Shown here one piece after another: positions 21,441 to 31,268 of a DNA stretch of 64,000 bases. Position 1 is the stretch's first letter. The number at the start of each line of letters is the position of its first letter. The notes below the pieces were generated by a model, which worked only from the letters and a program-made list of their open reading frames with translations, made no database searches and was not told the DNA's origin. Source of the stretch: Thainema sp. (GTDB taxonomy: Bacteria > Cyanobacteriota > Cyanobacteriia > Phormidesmidales > Phormidesmidaceae); NCBI GenBank assembly GCA_052168235.1, contig JBQLZK010000013.1, positions 63,073-127,072 of the forward strand, read 5' to 3'. Position numbers and translations under genes: made by a program.

Positions 21441-22616
21441 CTAACGCGAGGCCCGCATCAGCAGCAGTACACCAACAACTAGACCAAAAATATTGGGAAT
21501 CCAGGCTGACATGAAGGGCGAAACCGCTCCCGTAATCCCCATTGCGTTGGTGATGTAGGCAAATAAGTAGTAGGCAAAAATAATCACAACACTGACGCCA
21601 AAGCTGGTAGCACGACCGCTGTTACGACTAGAGCGAATTCCCAGAGCGGCTCCTACCGTCCCCATAACCGCACAGACAAAGGGCAGCGCATACTTTTGCT
21701 GAATTCGGACTTTAAGCTTGCGAATTTTTTGTTCCTCAGCTCCGCTATTTTCCAAAAGCCGCAGTAAATCCTGTGATTGAGCAATATTCATTTCGCCATA
21801 GTCGCGTCCCCGTTCAGCAAGATCGAGCGGCGTGCGCGGCAGTTGCAGCGTTTGGTTTTCAAATGTCACGATATTGCGGAAAGAGCCATCGGGTGACACG
21901 ACATAGATGGTGCCATCTTCAAAATTCCAGGCGTTTTGGCTCAGATCCCAGGTCGCTGACTTGGCGCTGACGATTTGGTTCAGTCCATCTTGAGATAAAT
22001 CAAGAATTGTCAGTCCCTTCATCTCTGCACCGTCAAACCGCCGAGCATAAAACAGCCGTGAGAGTTCTTCACCGCCTTCCTGGCTGTCTCGAAATTCCTG
22101 ATAGAGAATGTTTTCTTCTTGGAAGGGAGGACGTTCTTCATTCAGGGCTCGCTCAAGCGTGATGGCTGCACGATAACTAGCCGCTGGCGTAATCAGCTCA
22201 TTGAAGGCAAAGGTCATGCCCGTGACGATAAAACTGAGAACGATGGCCGGAGCAACGATTCGATAAATACTGACGCCACAACCCCGCATCGCCACTAGCT
22301 CACTGTCGCTGGACAGTCGGCCAAAGGTCATCAGCGTCGCCAACAGCGTGGACATGGGGAAGGCCAGCACGACAAACTCTGGCATTTTGAGCAGAAAGAT
22401 TTCGACCGCTAGACTAAACGGTAAGCCAGATTCAGTGACACGCCGAATCAGTTCAAACAGCGAATCAACCGAAACGCCGATAGAGGTGAACGCTCCCACC
22501 CCAAACAGAAACGGTGCTAGCAGTTCCGCAGCTAAGTAGCGATCCATGACGGAAATGCCAAACGAGGCCCATCGGGGAGTCTGCCAGCGCTGGCGAGGAG
22601 TAGAAAAATCAGTCAT
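21441..22616 (-). CDS. LPS export ABC transporter permease LptF/LptG family
   Basis: MDRYL...PFLFGV, RLSSDSELVAMRGCGVS and AWIPN; lies downstream of lptB. Confidence 0.93.
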   Translation of the reverse strand: MTDFSTPRQRWQTPRWASFGISVMDRYLAAELLAPFLFGVGAFTSIGVSVDSLFELIRRVTESGLPFSLAVEIFLLKMPEFVVLAFPMSTLLATLMTFGRLSSDSELVAMRGCGVSIYRIVAPAIVLSFIVTGMTFAFNELITPAASYRAAITLERALNEERPPFQEENILYQEFRDSQEGGEELSRLFYARRFDGAEMKGLTILDLSQDGLNQIVSAKSATWDLSQNAWNFEDGTIYVVSPDGSFRNIVTFENQTLQLPRTPLDLAERGRDYGEMNIAQSQDLLRLLENSGAEEQKIRKLKVRIQQKYALPFVCAVMGTVGAALGIRSSRNSGRATSFGVSVVIIFAYYLFAYITNAMGITGAVSPFMSAWIPNIFGLVVGVLLLMRASR

Positions 22617-22709
22617 GGTGCTTGTTCAAAAACTTGCTAAGAAATAGACGGTTTCAGCTCACAAAACTCGATTTTAGCGTTTTGCAGGATTTGCTCTGGG
22701 CAAGCCGAA

Positions 22710-23492
22710 TTAAGGCTGAAAATCTTCGCCCAGATAGTGTTGACGCACCAGTGGATTGCTATACAGCTCGGCAGCACTGCCAGAGGCGAGAATCTGCCCG
22801 TCGCGCATGATGTAGGCGCGGTTGGTAATTTCTAATGTTTCGCGCACATTATGGTCAGTAATGAGAATTCCCATGTTGCGATCGCGCAATCCAGCAACAA
22901 TCTCCTGAATTTCTTTGACGGCAATCGGATCAACTCCGGCAAAGGGTTCATCGAGTAATAGGAACTTTGGCCCTTCTAGTCCTGTGGCTAATGCTCGCGC
23001 TAGTTCCGTGCGGCGGCGCTCTCCCCCTGAAACCTGCCCGCCTTTTGTGCTGGCAACCGTTTCGAGTCGAAAATCATGCAGAAGTTGATGCAGCCGCTTG
23101 GGTTGTAAGTGAGATGGCACACCCGTCTGCTCCAGAATCAGCAAGATATTATCGGCAACGCTTAAATTTCGAAAAATGCTGGGTTCCTGAGCCAAGTAAC
23201 CAATGCCGAGCTGAGCTCGTTTGTGCATCGGCAGCGATGTAATGTCTTTATCGTTGAGCCAAACTTTACCCTCATCCGGCTTCTCAATGCCAGTTGTCAT
23301 GTAGAACGTGGTGGTTTTTCCAGCTCCGTTTGGCCCCAGTAAGCCAACGATTTCGCCTTGCGCGACCGTTAAGCTGACGCGACTGACAACCGCTCGCCGA
23401 CCATAGGATTTATGCACATTCTCAAGCGCAATCTTGAGTGGCTGATCGGAGGCAAACACAGAAGAGGAAGCGTAGTGACTAGATTTTAGCAA
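22710..23492 (-). CDS. lptB: LPS export ABC transporter ATP-binding protein
   Basis: GPNGAGKTTTFY, SGGERRRTELARAL, LLDEPFAGVDPIAV and ITDHNVRETL. Confidence 0.95.
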   Translation of the reverse strand: MLKSSHYASSSVFASDQPLKIALENVHKSYGRRAVVSRVSLTVAQGEIVGLLGPNGAGKTTTFYMTTGIEKPDEGKVWLNDKDITSLPMHKRAQLGIGYLAQEPSIFRNLSVADNILLILEQTGVPSHLQPKRLHQLLHDFRLETVASTKGGQVSGGERRRTELARALATGLEGPKFLLLDEPFAGVDPIAVKEIQEIVAGLRDRNMGILITDHNVRETLEITNRAYIMRDGQILASGSAAELYSNPLVRQHYLGEDFQP

Positions 23493-23713
23493 TGGCGTTA
23501 CGTCATCAAAATCAGCAGGGAAGTTGTCCTACCCGTTTCAGTGTCGCCTGTTGCTCACGCAACCGCAAGAGGAGAGGATCGTGTTCCCATCATAAATTTC
23601 ATTAAAGGATTCAGCAAAGTCCTTTAAATCGGTTAAAGAGTTGATGTCTCATACCGCTGAAATAGTTTAAACCGTCGAAGGCGAACTAGGATGCGTAGTA
23701 GTTTGTGATGTAA

Positions 23714-25003
23714 GTGTGGCATGGGGGGCAAATTACGGTGCTATTTGGATGGATTCAGACGGGTGTCAGTGTTTTGTTATGGGCAGCAATTTTCATTGTA
23801 GGAGTGCCGATTGCGGTGCTGTTTGCAGAATGCTGCTTAGCGCTTTTGGGCCGTCGGCAGGTGCAACTAGGAACGACGAACAAGCCAGCCACGGGCGCGA
23901 TCGCACATTCCGCCCCCAACTCTACACCAGAATCTACCGTAAACTTAGCCGTCCTAGTGCCCGCCCATGATGAAGAGTTGGTGATTCGTGACACGCTAGC
24001 CGCTCTCACACCTCAGCTTCAGCTCCATCAGCGCCTGCTGGTCGTGGCCGACAACTGTACAGACAAAACGGCTGACATTGCTCGCTCAATGGGCGCAGAA
24101 GTGATTGAGCGGTTTGATACAGAACGACGCGGCAAAGGCTATGCCCTGGACTATGGGGTGCAACACTTAACTGCAACCAATCCCCCGGATGTAGTAGTGA
24201 TTGTCGATGCCGATTGTGAAGTGCAACCGGGCGCGATCGCAACCTTAGCTCAAACTGCGATCGCAACTCAGCGTCCTACCCAATCCATTTACCTGATGGA
24301 AATTCCGCCCAATCCATCGGCCAAAGATACGATTTCGGCTCTGGCGATTCGGGTCAAGAATCTCGTCCGTTCGCTGGGCCTAGCGCAAATCAATCAGCCC
24401 TGTCTGCTGGGCGGCACAGGCATGGCGTTTCCCTGGTTAGCCATCCAATCGGTTGATTTGGCCACGGGCAACATCGTGGAAGATATGAAGCTGGGGTTGG
24501 ATCTTGCGATCGCGGGTTACTCACCCAAGTTCACTCCCTCTGCCACCGTTGTGGGTCGTTTGCCGCAGCAGGAGGCGGCTGCCACCAGTCAGCGCACTCG
24601 CTGGGTACATGGCCATATTCAAACGCTACTGAGCTATGGCCCCCGCCTGTTCTGGGAAGCCTTCCGTCAGCGTCGCTTTGATCTATTTTGCTTAGCACTG
24701 GAACTCTGTGTGCCGCCCTTATCCTTGTTGGTCATGCTGTGGCTGGGTGTGACTGCATTAACGCTGGTTAGCGGCTTGGTCGGTCTATCCTGGCTGCCTG
24801 CTTTAGGTGCGATCGCAGTCGGTATGCTGCTGGTTCTGGCGATTCTGATTGCCTGGGCCGGATTTGCTCGTCACGATTTGCCCGCCAAGGTACTGCTGGC
24901 GATTCCGGTTTACCTGCTGTGGAAGATTCCGGTCTATCTCAAGTTTGTCAAAGGTCCAGAGTCGAGCTGGGTACGCACCGCACGCGATACGGCTGATTCT
25001 TAA
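23714..25003 (+). CDS. Glycosyltransferase family 2 (membrane-bound)
   Basis: VPAHDEE, VADNCTD, GKGYAL, DAD, ED and QRTRW motifs. Confidence 0.92.
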   Translation: MWHGGQITVLFGWIQTGVSVLLWAAIFIVGVPIAVLFAECCLALLGRRQVQLGTTNKPATGAIAHSAPNSTPESTVNLAVLVPAHDEELVIRDTLAALTPQLQLHQRLLVVADNCTDKTADIARSMGAEVIERFDTERRGKGYALDYGVQHLTATNPPDVVVIVDADCEVQPGAIATLAQTAIATQRPTQSIYLMEIPPNPSAKDTISALAIRVKNLVRSLGLAQINQPCLLGGTGMAFPWLAIQSVDLATGNIVEDMKLGLDLAIAGYSPKFTPSATVVGRLPQQEAAATSQRTRWVHGHIQTLLSYGPRLFWEAFRQRRFDLFCLALELCVPPLSLLVMLWLGVTALTLVSGLVGLSWLPALGAIAVGMLLVLAILIAWAGFARHDLPAKVLLAIPVYLLWKIPVYLKFVKGPESSWVRTARDTADS

Positions 25004-25022
25004 TGTTAAGTCTGCGTATAAA

Positions 25023-25067
25023 CAATTTAGGGTGAAGCGCGCTGAGCAAACGTTTCACCCTAAATTG
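25023..25067. terminator. Hairpin between convergent genes
   Basis: CAATTTAGGGTGAAGCG...CGTTTCACCCTAAATTG. Confidence 0.55.
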
Positions 25068-25079
25068 AGGTTTATGTAA

Positions 25080-26408
25080 CTAATGTCGCTTCTGCTCTCC
25101 CAGCATAAAGTCCACAAACTGACGCGCCGTGCGGCCAGAACGACCGTTATGGCGCGTTGCCCATTGCAGCGCCCGCTGCCGTAGCTCCTCCGGTTCTAAC
25201 GCTAGATCTGCTTGCTGAGCCAAGTGCTGCACAATTTGCAGATAGGTGGTCTGATCAGCGGGTTCAAACGTCAGCGTCAGGCCAAAGCGATCGCCAAAGG
25301 ACAATTTTTCCTGCACCGTATCCCAGGCATGAATTTCATCACCTTGGCTGGGACGGGGCCGATCCTCAAAGAATTCGCGCACCAGATGCCGCCGATTCGA
25401 TGTGGCGTAAACCACAACGTTTCTGGGACGAGCTGTAACGCTGCCTTCCAACACTACTTTCAGCGCCTTAAAAGCATCATCGTCTTCCTCAAACGACAAG
25501 TCATCGACAAAAACAATAAATTTCTGGGGCGCATCCCGTAGCTGCTCCACGATTTGACCCAGATCGTGCAGGTCACGTTTGGAAACTTCAATTAAGCGCA
25601 AACCGCGATCGCAGTATTCATTCACCAGCGCTTTCACTCGCGACGACTTGCCGGAACCGCGACTGCCGTAGAGCAAAACATGTAGTGCCGGGAATCCTGC
25701 AAGTAGAAACTCTGTGTTTTTCACCAGCTCGGCTTGAGGAATCTCATAGCCCACTAGTTCGCTGATCCGTATCGGATCGGGATGGACGACACCGACCAGT
25801 TCACCGGACTGCCAGCGAAAGGCGCGATAACGAGCAAATTTACCAACACCGAATGTCCTGTAGTGTTGACCCAAATCTTCTACTAGACTTGACCATTCGG
25901 TGACCTGTTTAAATTGCTGACGTAGGGACTCCTGAGCAGCATTGAGCCGTTGATCTATTGCCGTCTGATGAGCCGCAGTGATCTGAATCGGGCTGACTCC
26001 AACCTGGACAATGGGATGAATCCACGCTGCGATTTGGGCCGTATCGCATTGATAAATTGCCTGTAACTGCTTAAGGTCGTGCTGAGCGGCTTGCACCAGA
26101 GCGTCAGGAATGTGCGCGAAGTCAATCTGTTGCGCCCGACGACTAAATGGATTATCTGCCGTCAAGATTGCCGTCAACAAATAACTCTGCCAGGTTTGAC
26201 CATCTGCGACTAATGATTGAAACCACTGTCCGTAGGCGCTTAAGCACTGAACTGGGTCAGGCTGAGGTTCGCTCAGCGCTTGCAGCACATTTCGCCAAGC
26301 TTGAGCAATGGGATGAGCTAAAACATCCTGGTAGAGCAGCAGAGCAGCGGTCTCTTGCTGTAAGCGAATTATGGATTGCGGGTCAACTTGCGAAGTCTGC
26401 GTCGTCAT
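25080..26408 (-). CDS. DUF815 family AAA+ ATP-binding protein
   Basis: LLYGSRGSGKSS, FVDDLSFEEDD, YATSNRRHLVRE and GRSGRTARQF. Confidence 0.92.
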   Translation of the reverse strand: MTTQTSQVDPQSIIRLQQETAALLLYQDVLAHPIAQAWRNVLQALSEPQPDPVQCLSAYGQWFQSLVADGQTWQSYLLTAILTADNPFSRRAQQIDFAHIPDALVQAAQHDLKQLQAIYQCDTAQIAAWIHPIVQVGVSPIQITAAHQTAIDQRLNAAQESLRQQFKQVTEWSSLVEDLGQHYRTFGVGKFARYRAFRWQSGELVGVVHPDPIRISELVGYEIPQAELVKNTEFLLAGFPALHVLLYGSRGSGKSSRVKALVNEYCDRGLRLIEVSKRDLHDLGQIVEQLRDAPQKFIVFVDDLSFEEDDDAFKALKVVLEGSVTARPRNVVVYATSNRRHLVREFFEDRPRPSQGDEIHAWDTVQEKLSFGDRFGLTLTFEPADQTTYLQIVQHLAQQADLALEPEELRQRALQWATRHNGRSGRTARQFVDFMLGEQKRH

Positions 26409-26526
26409 TATTGTCTATATGCGGCCTTGCCGAATAACAGTAGCACCGACCCAATACGCGAGAAAAGCGCGACATGAGCCGCGCTTTAGCATTTAAATGA
26501 TTATCGTAGTTGTGATTGGGGGCAAT

Positions 26527-27012
26527 CTACACCATTTGAGGGGTTACGCCGTCTGCAACTCCCATTGGCTCAACTGCTGCTTTAATCAGGTCGATTTGCT
26601 GTTCAAATTCCAACTGCTTGAACTCGTTCAGGAAATTTTGAGCCTTTTTGGCAATCTGATAGTCGCTGGGGACTTCGACCAGGTTGCCTGCTTCCATCTC
26701 TTTGGCGGTGAGATACCAAAAGGCCAGCTTTGTGCTGGGGCTGCCAGCGCCATATTCACGAGAGATAGCAGTATCAGCTCGGCCAGCAATGTCGCGCTGG
26801 GTCTGTAGCTGATCGTCTTCGTTCATTTTCTTCATGCGATCAACCAGCGCTTGAGCAATGTCGAAGCCTGCGGCTTTAGTGCCACCGGGAGATAGGGAAT
26901 CACCAATCCCTTCGTAGGCATACCAGAGAACTGCCAACTGGTCGTCTACGCTGAGACTCTGCAAGTTCTGCAAGAAGCGGGCGCGATCGTACTGAAGATT
27001 CGCGAAAGTCAT
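26527..27012 (-). CDS. Helical carotenoid protein (orange carotenoid protein N-terminal domain homologue)
   Basis: LSVDDQLAVLWY, ISREYG...TKLAFWY, LEFEQQI and the MG terminus. Start set to ATG 27012. Confidence 0.88.
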   Translation of the reverse strand: MTFANLQYDRARFLQNLQSLSVDDQLAVLWYAYEGIGDSLSPGGTKAAGFDIAQALVDRMKKMNEDDQLQTQRDIAGRADTAISREYGAGSPSTKLAFWYLTAKEMEAGNLVEVPSDYQIAKKAQNFLNEFKQLEFEQQIDLIKAAVEPMGVADGVTPQMV

Positions 27013-27219
27013 AATATGAAGTTTTATTGAGTTCTTCCCCTTCAACCTAATGAAAAGGCACAGATGAAGAAACCCAACTATAGGGACAGATCAAACGTCA
27101 TGGGACTCTGACGAATGAAAGAACCGAGCTTGGCGTAATGAACGTGCGATCGCACATTTTTCAACTCAGTTGCGATCGCAAATCAACCTTGAGACGAATC
27201 CCAATGGACATCTACTAAC

Positions 27220-27573
27220 TTAGTGATTCATGTGGTTATTCATGGCATCGTCAGTCATGTCCTGTTCTTCGACCATGCCATGCTCCATCGGGCGCAACAG
27301 ACCCATAGTTTGAGAGCCAAAGCTAGCCACGCCCATTGATACCAATGCAGTGCTCACAACTCCCATTGATACCAAACCGAATGAGATCACGCCCATTGAG
27401 ATGCAGCCAATAGAAATAATGCCGTGCGTTGAAACTCCGATCGCAACGATGCCGTGAGCCGAAACTCCGATCGCAACGCGTCCATGTGCTTCGATGCCAA
27501 TCGACAACCACTTTGGCGTTTTTCTAGATTGGCTATCGCTACGGACGTTCTCGGACGGCTTCATTTCAGTCAT
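27220..27573 (-). CDS. Small Gly-repeat protein with Met/His-rich tail
   Basis: About 11 consecutive 5-residue units, mostly xxxxG, followed by MEHGM...MNNHMNH. Confidence 0.7.
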   Translation of the reverse strand: MTEMKPSENVRSDSQSRKTPKWLSIGIEAHGRVAIGVSAHGIVAIGVSTHGIISIGCISMGVISFGLVSMGVVSTALVSMGVASFGSQTMGLLRPMEHGMVEEQDMTDDAMNNHMNH

Positions 27574-27617
27574 GCTTCAATCAGACACAAATCAGAACAA
27601 ATAAAAAAGTGGTATGC

Positions 27618-27670
27618 AGGTAATGATTTTTGGGTGTGTGCGGTGCCCACACACCCAAAAATCATTACCT
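27618..27670. repeat. Perfect 23-bp-arm inverted repeat
   Basis: AGGTAATGATTTTTGGGTGTGTG-CGGTGCC-CACACACCCAAAAATCATTACCT. Confidence 0.75.
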
Positions 27671-27859
27671 TTTGAGGACTACCCAAATAAATTAAAGAGG
27701 GACTCGAGCCTTGTGCTTGTTGCAGCCCCTCACTGAGGTGTAATGGATTCCAACTTGCGTTGAATCTCCTGCCTGGATTGTGCTGGACGATTTACATCCA
27801 GTCAAAAGACAGGCCGTCAAACTTTGCTAAGTGTGTCGGCTGTACTTGCATATCAGGAT

Positions 27860-27910
27860 CTAGGAATAGCGTCTCGTCGCCGCGATGCGGCGACGAGACG
27901 CTATTCCTAG
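27860..27910. repeat. Perfect 24-bp-arm inverted repeat 6 bp downstream of tRNA-Arg
   Basis: CTAGGAATAGCGTCTCGTCGCCGC-GAT-GCGGCGACGAGACGCTATTCCTAG. Confidence 0.8.
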
Positions 27911-27916
27911 CATTAA

Positions 27917-27989
27917 CGGGCCCTACAGGATTCGAACCTGTGACCGTCCGATTAGAAGTCGGATGTTCTATCCACTGAACTAAGGGCCC
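27917..27989 (-). tRNA. trnR: tRNA-Arg (anticodon UCU)
   Basis: The reverse complement is GGGCCCTTAGTTCAGTGGATAGAACATCCGACTTCTAATCGGACGGTCACAGGTTCGAATCCTGTAGGGCCCG, with a 7-bp acceptor stem, T-loop GTTCGAATC and anticodon loop CT-TCT-AA. CCA is not encoded. Confidence 0.96.
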
Positions 27990-28182
27990 CTGGAGTCAAT
28001 CATGCAGTTGATGGCGCGATCGTCACAACCCCAACTATGCAAAACATATTGCGAATGCCCCCAAATTGTATCTAGGCCATTGGCCGAAACGCAACTATAT
28101 GGATCGGTCGTTGAGCAAATCTAACCAAACTACAAGTATCAAATCCACAGAAAAGGCTGGCAGTGCCAGCCTTTTGAAATTG

Positions 28183-31176
28183 CTAATATCCGCCGCCACC
28201 GCTGCGCTTACTGCGACTACTGCTGTAGCTGCTGCCCGACGAACGACTGCTGCGACTGCTGCTGTAGCTGCTACCGGATGAGCGACTGCTGCGGCTACTC
28301 GAACTAGAGCTGTAGCTTGAACTCCGCTGCTGGACTTTTTGATTAGCTTCACGTTCGGCGGATTGAGCGGCCTGAGCCGTTTTCTCGGCCTGAGTCTTGG
28401 CCAATGCATAATCATGGCGCGCGATCGCAGCTTCCGCCTCGCTAAAAAATTGCTGCGCTGGAGAAATCTGGGCGTGAATACCGTACTTATAGGTGCGATT
28501 GGCGCTGTGAAGGGCTGACTGAGCTTGGCGAATGGCAGCCCGTGCTTCTTCTGCCGCTTGATGGTCTTGCTCAGCCGCGTGTTGCACCGAGTAAACCAGC
28601 TCGAAAATCGCGCTAACGTCTTGCAAGAGATTATTCCAATCTGATTTTGGCTGACCGATTTGCGCCGCTAGCCCTGGAATCTGAGCCTGCACATCCGCAA
28701 ATCGCTGGCTCGTATCGGGACGAGTATCTGGATGCCGCACCTGCCGCTCAGTCGCCTCGATCTCGTGTTCTAACTCTGCAAATCGCGCTTTGAGCTGCTC
28801 GTAGGACTGGTGCTCAGCGGCAATGGCCTGATCGACAGATTGAAAGCTTGCCAGTAGCTGATTGGCCTCGCTCGCGGCGCGTTCCCAATCGGTGATGTCT
28901 TGCTCCACGTCCGCATGTTGTCGATTCAAATCTGCGATCGCATCTTGATACACCGATTCTGTCTCAGCGGAAGTCGTGAAGTCGTAGGTCTGGAACTTGG
29001 GCGCAATCGTGATCGAAAGCGATTGGCACTGCTCAATAACTTCGCGGCTTTGACGACGGAAATCCTGGAGCTGCGCCAGCCGCTGGTGAATTTCATTGAG
29101 CTGCTGGCGATTCGTTTGCAGCAAATCCGCCAACGGTTCCAGAACCTCTCTAGCGGCAAGATAGTGCTGCCGACCGTAAGCCTGTTGAATATGGCTCAGA
29201 GCTGTGGTCGTGTTGGTGTCTTGTGCGATAGCAGTTTTCAATTTACCCGGTTCGGCCACAAAGTTATGGCTGAGGAACTCGGCCTCAAGCTGCTGAAGCA
29301 CTTGCTGTGCTGGAGGAATTTCCTGCTGAAGCTGGTGCTGAATTTGCCGCACGGTTGGCACCTGCTGCTCAGTGAATTCTTTAGCTGCCAGCGTATCGTC
29401 AATGAGCTGATGAGTTTGCTGCACTGAGTTCGAACTGGCATCTCTCTCAGCCTGAGCAATGTCTAAATGTCCCGCCAATAACTGCTCAAAACTTACTTTT
29501 TGATGCTGTTTCGCCTCAGCAATTTGAGTGTCAGGATCATGATTCGGTTCATCGAGCCGAAACGGTTCAGTTGGCGGATCGGGGTGTTCGTCGCGGTCTT
29601 CTAGCGGATAGCTGTAGGTGGCAAGTTGCGATCTCACTTTTCGCACTCGCTCCTCAGCCTGTTGAATCGTCGTCGTCAACTCATGCAGATCCCCGTTCAG
29701 CGCGATCGCGCGATTCAAGTCAGTTTGTAGCGCCTCAGCGGTCTTGACACATTCCTGCGATCGGGGGCAGGCTGTCAGCGGATCACTGGGCTGAAGCTGC
29801 CGAACCGCTACCTGTTCATGCTGAATCAACTGCAGCCGCTCCTCATAGGGAGCAAACGGCAGTTCCAGATCCGCCATCGTTTGCTGAGTAGTTGCGATCG
29901 CAGCCAACTGTTGGGCAATCTGCTCCAGATTAGCCTGCGTATCGGCGACGGCCTGCATGATTCTGGCCAGCGTTTGATTCGTGCGGTTAAACAGCTCCGA
30001 CATCTCGGCCAGCAGCTGTTCAGGCTGATAGGTGGTCTTGGGCACGACATCGCTAAACAACTGCGCCATTTCCAGCGGCAGCTCCTGGCCCGTAATTACA
30101 ATCGGCTCCTGAGTCAGCAGATGATGCGCCTGCACGAGTCCTGCCGTCAGTGGCGCTCGATTCCCCTGCCTCGCCGCCTGAGCCGCTTGCAGACGCTGAT
30201 TTGCCGCCTCTAGCTGAACCGTGAAATCCGAAAAATCGGTCACGGCAGCCTGATACTGCTCCAGCGTGTCGCCCTTGAACGAATCGGCCCAGTCGCTCTG
30301 TACCTTCAGAAAGCCAAAATACTGGTCATACAGCTTCAGATACAGCGCATTCGCCTTTTCTAAGCGCTCTTGCCAATCTGAGATCGCAGAATCTGCCGCT
30401 CGTCGCCGTTTACGATAGTTCAACAACAGCAGTAGAGAACCCGTACCTGTAATCGCACCAAATCCCGCCAACGGTAAATAGGTTGCGGTCTTCCGCTTGA
30501 GTTCCGCCATCTGGGCCTGACGCTGTGCGGCTCTTTCCTGAGCTGCCTTAGCCGCCTCTTGTTCTGCGATCGCACGCTGCAAGCCAATCTCAATATCCCG
30601 GTTCACGTTCCGCACAACCGCAACCATTGCACCTTGCGGATCGTGAGGCATATACTCCTTCAGCGCTCGGATCACTGGCCCTTCCGGATCGGCTAGTCGA
30701 TTTTCTGTCACTCCCAATTCATAAGGCCGATCGCCTGCATTCGCCGCCACCCAGCCTTTATTGAGATCATCAGTTCGCCGCACCCAGTAGACCAGCAGAT
30801 AATCGTTGCGGGGAAACTCCGGCAGCGCTTCCCACCGTTCCACCACGTCGCTGACGCGCTCTGTCGCCCAATTGGTGTCTAGATTCAGACCCGTTTCGCC
30901 TTGGTCAGCAATCACATACACCTGCAAATTCTGTTCGGCCATTAGAGGCGTAAGCTGCTCGCTGAGTCCCTCGAACGCCACGGGTGAAGTCGGATGCTGT
31001 GCCAGGTCGGGATCGACGTACACGTGCTGCGCTGGATTAAACGGAGGCACCCAGTCCGTTGATGCGATCGCACTGGGTGGCTGATGAATGCCACTAACAA
31101 CCAGAATCGTTATGCTAACCAAGCAGGCCAGTAAACCGTGCCAGCCAAGCGACAGTCGAAGAATACGGAGTTTCAT
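28183..31176 (-). CDS. Large membrane protein: TPM-like extracytoplasmic domain, TM helix, long coiled-coil, Ser/Arg-rich tail
   Basis: N-terminal hydrophobic segment, a second TM (LPLAGFGAITGTGSLLLLL-NYRKRRR), about 700 aa of Q/E/A-rich helical sequence, and a low-complexity tail ending GGGGY. Confidence 0.75.
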   Translation of the reverse strand: MKLRILRLSLGWHGLLACLVSITILVVSGIHQPPSAIASTDWVPPFNPAQHVYVDPDLAQHPTSPVAFEGLSEQLTPLMAEQNLQVYVIADQGETGLNLDTNWATERVSDVVERWEALPEFPRNDYLLVYWVRRTDDLNKGWVAANAGDRPYELGVTENRLADPEGPVIRALKEYMPHDPQGAMVAVVRNVNRDIEIGLQRAIAEQEAAKAAQERAAQRQAQMAELKRKTATYLPLAGFGAITGTGSLLLLLNYRKRRRAADSAISDWQERLEKANALYLKLYDQYFGFLKVQSDWADSFKGDTLEQYQAAVTDFSDFTVQLEAANQRLQAAQAARQGNRAPLTAGLVQAHHLLTQEPIVITGQELPLEMAQLFSDVVPKTTYQPEQLLAEMSELFNRTNQTLARIMQAVADTQANLEQIAQQLAAIATTQQTMADLELPFAPYEERLQLIQHEQVAVRQLQPSDPLTACPRSQECVKTAEALQTDLNRAIALNGDLHELTTTIQQAEERVRKVRSQLATYSYPLEDRDEHPDPPTEPFRLDEPNHDPDTQIAEAKQHQKVSFEQLLAGHLDIAQAERDASSNSVQQTHQLIDDTLAAKEFTEQQVPTVRQIQHQLQQEIPPAQQVLQQLEAEFLSHNFVAEPGKLKTAIAQDTNTTTALSHIQQAYGRQHYLAAREVLEPLADLLQTNRQQLNEIHQRLAQLQDFRRQSREVIEQCQSLSITIAPKFQTYDFTTSAETESVYQDAIADLNRQHADVEQDITDWERAASEANQLLASFQSVDQAIAAEHQSYEQLKARFAELEHEIEATERQVRHPDTRPDTSQRFADVQAQIPGLAAQIGQPKSDWNNLLQDVSAIFELVYSVQHAAEQDHQAAEEARAAIRQAQSALHSANRTYKYGIHAQISPAQQFFSEAEAAIARHDYALAKTQAEKTAQAAQSAEREANQKVQQRSSSYSSSSSSRSSRSSGSSYSSSRSSRSSGSSYSSSRSKRSGGGGY

Positions 31177-31268
31177 AGGTTTAACCAAGATCGGTTGCTG
31201 AAGCTAAACGCGGACTACTCAAACGCAGAGCACCAAAAGTATCGGAAATGAAATTAGATTCGGAAGAA

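Noticed and set aside
28066..28415. Ala-rich alternative ORFs 28066-28281 and 28095-28415
   Set aside because: These are shadow frames of the Ser-rich tail of the 28183-31176 gene.
27860..31188. Genomic island integrated at tRNA-Arg or tRNA-Ala
   Set aside because: No integrase, no duplicated tRNA 3' end, and neighbouring genes carry HIP1 like the rest of the chromosome.
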